Part shown: positions 51,016-64,000 of the stretch, in pieces
How positions within the stretch are numbered: position 1 is the stretch's first letter
Layout of the letters: every line of letters begins with the position of its first letter
Assembly: GCF_000150275.1 (NCBI RefSeq)
Contig: NW_002060946.1
Coordinates: 2,499,454-2,563,453 of the forward strand
Source: Trichoplax adhaerens
Lineage: Eukaryota > Animalia > Placozoa
Length of the DNA: 64,000 nucleotides
Direction: 5' to 3'
Notes under the pieces: generated by a model
Databases searched by the model: none
Seen by the model: the letters and a program-made list of their open reading frames with translations, nothing else
Told to the model about the DNA's origin: nothing
Program-made: the position numbers and the translations under genes

Positions 51016-51984
51016 GATATGCTTAATTTAACTTAATGTATGAATATTTGCACTGTCAATGCTTTCGTAATATCAAATGGCATGGCCATATTGTGGCAAC
51101 GTTTACTGATGTCAATGTGCTGTAAATTCTCGATCTATGTACTAAGTACAGTACTAACGATACATTAGGCATCATTCTCACACTACAGTACAGCGTAAGT
51201 TATTGCAAATTGCAGACTTCTTTTATCCATGTACGAGAGCATCGCGTGGTAGAGCTCCTAAATTTTCGAGTAGATTGAAACCTTAATAGAAAGTGCTTAT
51301 CTTGACACTATACCCTTGTTTATACCGAAATAAATTTCTTAATGTATTCCTATCACCTGTTACAAGTTATGCTTTTATGTCAGAAAGAAATCAATGATTG
51401 CGATGTTATATTCATACTAAATAAATCTGTATATTTGTTGTATTAATCGGATGCGTTGTACATAAAGTGTGTGATCCATATTTGTTATTTTATTGCTTAT
51501 TTAGTTAGCTAAAAAAACGTAGGACGTAGGAGGTTGCTATTAACTCAATTAAGCGTTAATCATGCAGCCTTCCATATGATCCACCGAGATTTTCAACCTA
51601 GAAAATAGTTGAACACATTACTGTATATTATTTATAATTTACTCCATCTTACCACCAAGCTGATTATTGTACTAAATTTTTTATGAATATAGTTTATAGA
51701 ATAACAATACTGTCTTAAGGTTCAGTGTTAACCTTAATTAAGTCGGCAGCATGCTAACTATCGCCGCTTATGCAATATACAACATGGAAAACATACAAGT
51801 ATCGTAGTAATGCATTAAAAATTGTTAGGTATGGGGCAATAATTTATAACTCAGCCAATATACTTACGCATTTAATGGAATATGCTGCTATCATTAATCT
51901 AAATCATGTCGGTATATACGGTATGAATAAGCATATAGACATACTGGCTATTAGCTAATTTCTAGTAATCTAGGGAGGGTGCGT

Positions 51985-52495
51985 GATGCTGTTGGCAGCA
52001 GATTTTAATTTGAGCAAATCAAGTAATGCCCTATTGCAAATGAATCTAACAAAAAATTGTTCCCAAAATTTGGACACTGAAAATGTTCTAACATTTTAAA
52101 AAGTAGATAAAAAAACTATACAGGGTTAAGAAACGCGATATATACTTGTATCAGTAGGCATATACGTAACATAATCGTACGATACTTTGTGGCTATGTTA
52201 AACTTCAATTGGCGCTCATGTTGTATACACAATCCAATTATATCCATGCATGGTCCTGATTTTCAATTGCTACTGCTATCGGATTTTATTGAACCGAACA
52301 AAAAAAATACTGTACTTTGTCTAACGTCATTAAATTGCGTAGAACGCTGTTTTCCTAAAAAGTAATATTAGGAGATATAGCTGATATGGAACTTACATTA
52401 TATTCAATTGATTCATTGTTATCAACTTGCAAGCAGTTAATTTCATAGAGTTGGGGATGAGAGACCAACAATCGCATAAGTAATATATAGTACAA
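51985..52495. repeat. Diverged duplicate of the p38 3' flank (53690-54197)
   Basis: Shared colinear blocks: CGTGATGCT, TTTGAGCAAATCAA.TAATGCC, TTTGGA, ACAG.GTTAA(A)GAAA.GCGATA, GTCTAAC.TCATTAAA, AAAGTAA, AGTACAA. Confidence 0.7.
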
Positions 52496-54239
52496 TAATA
52501 ATAATCAAGTACTGTACACTACTTCAATTAAATCTGCCCTAAAGCAATAATCGGACTTCTATATTATGGATCGTAGGTCCATTTACTCCTGCTAGTAATA
52601 TTCGTATACAGGTATACATGCAGAGCATCTACTACAATTTACAATATAAAATGCTTTCACTTTTAAAATACTATCTTGTGTATATTATCATAAAATCCAT
52701 TCACACCTTGTAGCAATTTTACACTTTTTAACCAACTTTATTTATCGATTATAAATACGAGGACCTCTATACATGATTACCACAAATAATTCCCCAAGAT
52801 GCCTAAACCTTAAAACCAGAAACCAATGTCCAGTGTAATTATATTAAACTAACATAAGTATAATAGACTACTTCACAGCAGATTAAAGAGTCACTATGAT
52901 GGATTTAAGTTAAACTGCTTTATTATAAATTAAATCACTAATGGCTGCCTTCATAACCAAAATCAATATAGCGAAGTTTTACGACACTACGCAGCACAAC
53001 GCTGAGAAAACAAATAATGATCTTAATTAAAGAGCTGGCCTTACATATTCTCACTTGGCTGCCGTTGGTGGAAACTAGAATTGTCTTCATATTCATGCTG
53101 AGTAATTTTATATATTTTGTTGTATCAATCGTACATGTGCATGCGTATACTGAATGCGAGGCAGTATTTATTCTGTTGCTTGTTCAGTTAGCTCCAAAAA
53201 ACATCAATTAGGGATACAGTAGGCTATTAATTTTATTCAGAGTTAATTGTACAGTCTTCGGAATGATGTGCCGACATTTTTAGCCCAGCCAATAGCTTAA
53301 CGCATTAAATCGTTCTTCAATCTATTTATCTCATCACGGACTTGATAATCTTATTGAATTCTTATGTATACAGGCTGAAGGATAACAATACTATTTCAAG
53401 GTACTGTATAACTTTTATTTGAATCGATTTCACATTAAGAATCGCTGCTTCCCGAAACATACAACGTTAAAAGATAAAAGTATCAGAAGAATTAAAGGGC
53501 GTAGGGCATAATCAAGCTAAAAAAATGTGCGGCAATAAGGAACCAAATTTATAATTCAACAAATACAATTCTATGACGGAATACAGAATCATCATTTGTG
53601 CTGATTTACGTCAATACATACGGTATGCATAATTATAATTCGTTAGATTGTATATTACACTTAGTTTCAGATAACCATTTGTAGATAGGAATACGTGATG
53701 CTATTTGTAGCAGTACATATTTGAGCAAATCAAATAATGCCTAGATGTAAATGAGCCTATTAATAACTAACATTCTCGCAAGTTTGGATATCTAAAGTAT
53801 TGTATACGTACATTGTTAAAAAAGTATAAAAAATACTACAGCGTTAAAGAAATGCGATACTATATATATATTTATACTATATACCTATATATTCATAGTA
53901 TAATTCATAGCTACGTCAGATCTTATTTAGTGATCATACTATGTATATAGTATATTCTAATACACGTCATTACTACCACCGGGGTTTTATCGAAGCGGAT
54001 AAAAATATTTCGTCTAACATCATTAAAAAGCTTACGAAACCATTTCCCTATAAAGTAACCGTGAAAGATATCTTATTTAGCAGAAATTGACATAGAACTC
54101 ATATTACGAGTATAATTAAGGATCAACTATCTACAGCAGTAAATAATGTTAAATTGGTTGTTAGCCTCTAACAGTTACTCGGTGATTACAGTACAAATTT
54201 ACGTGAAATTCTTTAATGCTCACCTAATAATTGATACGT

Positions 54240-57447
<3,208 letters not shown>

Positions 57448-58320
57448 CTTGCTGCCTAGCAATCGCTTTTACCTTTCGGCTAGAATAGATGAAAGTTGAC
57501 AGTTAAGGCTAATAAACATGTTGAAGTTTATCAACAGTACTATTGAATGCATCTTGAAGAGGGCTATCGTATTCAATTAGCCGTCGAAGGAAATTAAAAG
57601 GTGGAACTAGAGTCAACAAACGCTTGTGTTGTAGTTTGCGATATGTAGAGTCGTTGACACTACAGTATTGCGCCTTGCTTCTACTACGTATCGGCAATGG
57701 AGAAACTGCCTCCTTTTACCCTATCGTCCAATCCATAGTCTAATTGTATTGATAGATCGCAAGCTTGAAATCCAATATGAGATAGAGAATGCTCTCCAAT
57801 CAAGATGATAATACTTTTTATACCACTTTTATTTCTCCTTCACGTAGTCTATTTTTACGCTTACTACGGCATCTACTGTTACGTCAATAAATCAATACAC
57901 TACCGTTGAAAGTTGAAAATAGATTGGTGCCAGATTGGCCAAGTAAATCACTTGATAATACACTATAAAGGATTGTTTTGCATTTAGGTATGCAAACATT
58001 ACACTACAAATCATTCCTTCAACCCTAAATCAATCTAATACTTACTGCGATGAGAATAAACCAGACCTCTTGGTGCCGCACAAATCAGCTAAGCAAAGCT
58101 AAGGAAAATGTCTAGATGATGAAGTCAATATATTATATATATATACATATAAGTTGTGGACACGGTTTTCAACGCCTTATAGTATAGTCTTCTAGTGCTA
58201 GCTACTAATGCTGACTGGACGGACGTGACGCCATGCCAACAGGAGTATCAAGACTGTACTGTTGGAGGATCATCCCTCCTATACGAAACCTAGCCTACGG
58301 GATAACAGCATCAACTGTAA

Positions 58321-58371
58321 TTTACCATGATTTGACCATGATTTGACCATGATTTGACCATAATTTTACCA
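58321..58371. repeat. 11-bp tandem repeat (TTTGACCATGA)n in the p38-GNL3 divergent promoter
   Basis: TTTACCATGA TTTGACCATGA TTTGACCATGA TTTGACCATAA TTTTACCA. Confidence 0.85.
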
Positions 58372-59066
58372 AGAAATAAACAAAATACGTTGCGCCATTG
58401 GTTGCAGTAGTATGCCCATCAAAACATCCAATTGACTGAAGTGAGTAAGACACAGTTTTACACTCATGAAATCAAGCATGGCAGTTTTTCACTCACTACA
58501 CTACTCTTCATTCATCAATTTTACTCTAACCCATGTTTCAATCACATTTTATTCTGGCTTACTAGGCAGTAGTGATAAGATTTCATTTCTGTGAAATTGA
58601 AATACTACCCATTAGTCACTGATTTAATGGCGTATTTTATTCTGATATTATGCGATCGCTCTTTTCATGACATCTCCTCCTACAAGCATCCCACTTGCAT
58701 CCAGTCACATTGAGTAGGGAATGGCTTATTGCATAAAGGTGTCACCCTTACTAAACTATCGAGGTAATACTGACCAACATACTAAGAAGGGAATAGTCAT
58801 CGAGATGACAGCTTACTTTGCACACTATTCCCAACTACATTCACTGCTGGACTTTGGGTACAATACCGTACAGTCCATTTATACAGTACCTAAATGATTG
58901 TACAGTACATTGGACACTGTCAAAAGGACGCTGTAGTACATGTGCGAAACCGGGTACAGGTACAACACCAGTCCAGCCATTCCGACCAAATCAATTTTTC
59001 TTGCTTACCTTGCTTCTGCAAACATCTATCAACATTGTCATTGAGTAAGAAATTAAAGGAGGAAAA

Positions 59067-62000
59067 ATGGCCAGAGGAAGTAAGCTCAATGATGATAAGC
59101 ACTATACTGCATAGATAATCATGTTATAATTAGTATTTATCTGTCTTTCGCTTCATTAGAAAAGCAAAGCAAGCGTTTGTCAGCTAGGAAACGATATAAA
59201 GTGGAGCATAACGTAAGTAATTTGCAGAGGTTAAGAATGAAGGAGAACCATCACATCGACATGCTCACTTCAAAATGACAAATTACAGTTGTGTTATTGT
59301 TATCAAGTTTTACTGTCATCAAGGCAATCCTTTATGCCTGTGCTTATGAATGAAATTGATATTTTACTCACTTGAATGTCTGATACCGTAGAATGGAGTA
59401 ACTCAGACTACAATCGTGTAGCTAGCAAATGCAAAGATTGAACGTTGGTGATGATCATTTCCAAAGTTATGATCAGTTAATTAGCCAATATCTACCATTC
59501 TTACACTATTTTATTACGTTGAAAAGGTTCGAGAACATCGGCGAAAAGTTAAGAAAGCTGCCAAAGAGCTAGCAAAGAAGGGTATTAAAAAGGGTAGGAC
59601 ACTATTGTAATCTTCAATGGAATGCATGTAAACAGGAGCTTTTGATAGATACCCAATTGCCCACACTTGATTGAAGCTTGCATGTACTGTAACTGCCTTT
59701 GCATCAAAAGACTGCTAATCAAACATGATATCTACAGTATAATTGCATATAACAAGAACAACAGTGAACCTCTGTGTCACTATCATAGGACTAAAGTTGA
59801 AGCTTTCCCTATACAGTATAATTTTAACGTGTGGTATCCATAAACATAGGATCCAAGAAAGATCCTGGAATACCTAATTTGTATCCTTTCAAGGAGCAAT
59901 TACTGCGTCAAATGGAAGAAAGAAAATTACGGGTAGGATAATAATTTATTAGTCAATCTAAGGTACAGTACATTCATTAACAACGTTAATGATACAAAAT
60001 ATTACAGTCGTAATATCTGTAATTAATAAATATACCTCAATGATGCATACTATCAATCACTGAATATACTGGGAATGGGAAATATTGTAGATTGAACAAG
60101 ATCGAGAGAGACGCAAGTTAGAAAGACATGAAGAACTTAGTAAACGTAGAGACTTGAAAAGCATACAAGCCGATGCTGAACGCCGAGCTGAAGAATTTAA
60201 TAATAGGGTATACACTTCTGCTACGGTAGCTAACATATTAATTACAATACAAGTATACCCCAAAAATTCAATTCCACATTATAAGTAACATCTCTAAACT
60301 CTATTTTAAAATTATTTAGGTATTACAAAATGCCGAGGAAGCAAACAACGGACAGAATGAAATTACTGGTAAGATCCAAATTGCAATTATAATAGCAATA
60401 CTAGCATTCAATGCAAGATTCTAATAAAAAATGTCATAATATTCCCTTTTCTTCTATTTTTTGGATAAGTATATGCGGAATGTTTAACATATAGCTCATT
60501 TTTTTTTTATAGAACAATCTAGGAAGCAATATTACAAAGAATTTAAAAAGGTTCATGATAGAAGTACTAATACCTAACTATTTTTTATGCACTATAATCT
60601 GATCGGATCTCCTCTAAAATTTTTCTACAGGTTGTTGAAGCAGCTGATGTGATATTACAAGTATTAGATGCTCGTGATCCACTTGGGTGCAGATGCTTAG
60701 AGGTATTATCTACTATATAATTAGGAATTCATCACCCTTAAGTTTTATAAATCTATTTATTAACTTTAAAAAAAATTAGGTAGAACGTGCTATTTTTTCA
60801 TCTGGATCTAAAAAGAAACTAGTATTGCTATTAAATAAAATTGGTATGAAAAACACAATGATGATGCAAATTAAAAGTTTTATCTGGAGCTACGTATTGA
60901 TTCATTCATTCTAACCTATTTGGGTAAATTGTGTTATTATAAGATTTAATTCCTCGTGATAATATCGAAAAATGGCTTAAGTATCTCAGGAATGAGCTAC
61001 CAGCCATAGCCTTTAAAGCATCAACTCAATCTCAAAAAGATCATATTGTAAGAACCCTGACTCTTTAGTTATACATATCTAATTTGTGCCGCTATCATCG
61101 ATACTCACGTATCTCTCCAACTTGTTATCAGGCTAGGAGTAAAGTTGCTGTCACCACAGCTTCAAAAAATTCATTAAATGCAAGTATTTGCTATGGAGCA
61201 GATACTCTCATGAAATTATTGTCTAATTACTGCCGTAATTTAGGCTTGAAAACTTCAATTACGGTTGGTGTTGTCGGTAAGTAAGCCAAGTAAATAATGT
61301 AAAGGTTAATGAACGACCTCGATATGAACAATCTCTTACTAAACTGATTTACTTATCAGGATTGCCTAACGTTGGAAAGAGCAGGTATAATACTCTTTCA
61401 TATCTATGCTTTCTGAATTTTCAATTTTTTTAGCTCTTTATAAATTTTGTTGTATTTGTAGTAATAACTTTATCTTTATTGATAAATTGCCGTTCTATCT
61501 AGTGTTATCAATAGCTTGAAAAGATCTAGAGCATGCACAGTCGGATCAGAGCCAGGAGTAACAAAGTTAGTATTCACCTTGTTTACTTGATTTTTACATC
61601 TTCAAAGTGACTCTACACAAGCAATAAACTTGACAATGATCTAATGCAAAATTTCTTTATCAGGAATATGCAAGAAATCAACTTAGATAAGCACATAAAG
61701 TTATTAGATAGCCCCGGAATTGTTATGAGCAAGCGCAATGACAATACTGGATTAATTTTAAGAAATTGTGTCAAGGTATAAATGGTTTTACAAATCATCC
61801 ATAGCTCTACCGATTTTATGTTACGCGCGTATCACTCTTTAGAAAATTATATAGTTTCCTCTGTTTTCTGTTCACTTTCTAGCTGGATGAAGTCCAAGAT
61901 CCGATCCCTGCTGTAGAAGCTATCTTGAAAAGATGTAACCGTCAACAGGTATGAAATTAGGATATTTTATACATTCTCTTATGACCTTATTTTAACTTAA

Positions 62001-63576
62001 CGGCACCTACATGACGATTCGTATCAAGCCCTATATATCCATGATGCCGACTAATTAACGCAATTACTGATATAGATTATGGAAAAGTACTGTATTCCTG
62101 AATATAATAATGTTAATGATTTCCTGTCTCTTCTTGCGCATCGACTGGGCAGACTAAAGAAAGGTATCATTTGATGTCATCACATTAACTTTTAGATGCT
62201 ATATCGATTATAATTACTTAATCGAAAAGTACTGTATAGACTGCAATTTTGCTAAGTCAGTATTAATAATTTAGGTGGAATTCCAAACGTTGAGGCTGCC
62301 GCTAAAAGTATTCTTACCGACTGGAATAGGTTGCGTAAAAAATAGACTTACATATTTGCTATCTTAGAACTGATTTTATATTGCATAACTAATCCATATT
62401 ACTACTGATGACAGTGGAAAGATATCCTACTATACGCACCCACCGGAGCAACATAAACTGCCTTCCCACATTTCTGCTGAGATTGTCACTGAATGGAGTC
62501 AAGCCTTTGATATTGTTAGTTCCGCATTAACAATAACCAGGACGTTAATCCATCTTTGAATAGATAGTCTCTAATATTATCTTGTTATTATTTTGTAGAA
62601 TACTTTATTAAACGATGAAAGACAAAATTTACGAGGTAATGCACAAATTTTTTGCCTCAATAACAACATATAAGTCAAATTGGGGCTACAGTATATGTAA
62701 TCTTGTTGTTGTTTAGATCTGGCTATCGAAACTGATGTAGAGATGACAGATGCGGTAGGATTAAATCCTAATGATTTAATTGATGAAGAGAGTATTGGAT
62801 CGGTAAGAACTCCCGTTGCATACAAACTGTAGCTACTTTCTATCCGGAACAACCGGATGCATTCGAATATTTTTTATAAGTACTTTTTATTAAGTAAATT
62901 TTTCTGCAATCAATAATTATAATAGCAAGATGAATATAGTGATGATGATGATGATGATGAAGAGGCAATGTCTATGTCGGAAGACGAAGTCGATGACAAT
63001 GTTAGTGCAGTATTACACTGAGTAACATCAGCTTGAAAATATTAACTGAGTATCGTAAAGGGTTTAATGTATACGTTGTAAAAATATGCTATATCTATAG
63101 AACGAAGATGAGTTAGTGACTGTTCAGATACGGCCGAAGAAATCGCTATCTGAACCCTTAGTCAAACAGAAAGGAACTAGCAATTCTCCTAGTACATCAA
63201 ATATTCCAATCGAGAAGCTGAGAAAAAAAGTAAGTGACTTGGTATATTCGACAGTATACATTATCGCTACTGTATCTAAAATAGTTGTATTGCCATTATC
63301 TTGTTTAATTAAATATCTGTAATTGGTAACTAATAAAATGCATTTTAATATATAGCAACTTAAGAAACAACGAAAAGAAACTCGTAGACAGGGTTGGCCG
63401 GCTTTTATTAATTGCATTAGTAGTGATCTCTGTCTAAACTCAGTTCGACTTAAAATCTCATCTAACTTACTGTTCTTTTCTTAGAAGCCAGACTATTACA
63501 ACAAAATCCTGAAAAAGATCCTGACGCTATGAATGATTCCGATGATGCTTACAACTTTGCAACCGATTTTTATTAA
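59067..63576 (+). CDS. GNL3: Nucleostemin-family circularly permuted GTPase (GNL3/GNL3L), multi-exon
   Basis: MARG|[23 protein letters not shown]; [16 protein letters not shown]; [19 protein letters not shown]; LLNKIDL (G4); [13 protein letters not shown] (G1); LLDSPG (G3); YYTHPP; acidic tail; ends [11 protein letters not shown]. Confidence 0.94.
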
Positions 63577-64000
63577 TGTGATACTAAATCAATTTAGTAT
63601 TCACAAAACTGATTTAATTAATGTACTGCGATTGTATTGTATGTATCCGACCAATGTATTTTTATAACGGCATCATTTATGACGATAGTAATTAAGTAAG
63701 ACCAGATAATATTCTCAGAGTTTATGCATAGAAATATGTACATTGGTATTATAATAGCTATAAGTTTTTCCTTCAAAATAATAAAAGAGAGAAATCTTTC
63801 GATAATTTAGCAAGATCAATATAAATCATTTTAACTTTGAATTTGTTATAGCTTTATAAAAGTATTAATAGTGTACGACAAATATTTTCATATCGAGCAT
63901 CTAGTCGCATGATAGTAAAATAATTGAAGAGACAATCACTATTTCTTTCTTTTTAGGCACATAGTAGTGGCATGAAGCCGCTGCATACATGCAGTATACG

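Noticed and set aside
51237-51285. tRNA-like GTGGTAGAGC
   Set aside because: No T-arm/B-box or acceptor stem.
59213-62080. Intronic snoRNAs in GNL3 (vertebrate GNL3 hosts C/D snoRNAs)
   Set aside because: Only isolated C-box-like words (e.g. ATGATGA ~60858) and one small hairpin plus ACA (~59377-59413) were seen, with no convincing paired boxes or guide sequence. A snoscan/snoGPS/Infernal run would be needed.

Overview
AT-rich, gene-dense eukaryotic (animal) genomic DNA with mostly short GT-AG introns; no prokaryotic features. The compact introns, low GC, TACAG/CTGTA-rich intergenic tracts and animal-type genes (HBP1, TMEM121 family) suggest an early-branching metazoan such as a placozoan; this is inference only. 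Exon structures were read by hand. Gene order: Rab43/Rab19-like GTPase (+); orphan 650-aa acidic/coiled-coil CaaX protein with an upstream RFX X-box (+); IMP4 (-); 6-exon multi-CCHC zinc-knuckle protein (-); HBP1 (+); a tandem array of five intronless TMEM121/CECR6-family copies (3 intact, 2 pseudogenes, all -) whose duplication unit also copied the last exon of COG5; COG5 (-); LSM3 (+); p38 MAPK (-); nucleostemin GNL3/GNL3L (+). The best leads are (1) the orphan, whose X-box and PDE6D-type SRFCSVM tail independently predict an undescribed farnesylated ciliary protein, (2) the mosaic TMEM121 birth-and-death array inside a human-like HBP1-COG5 tail-to-tail pair, (3) the one-knuckle-per-phase-1-exon zinc-knuckle gene, and (4) a Rab43-like protein with TKxD in place of NKxD. 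No tRNA, rRNA, CRISPR array or intact transposon was recognised.
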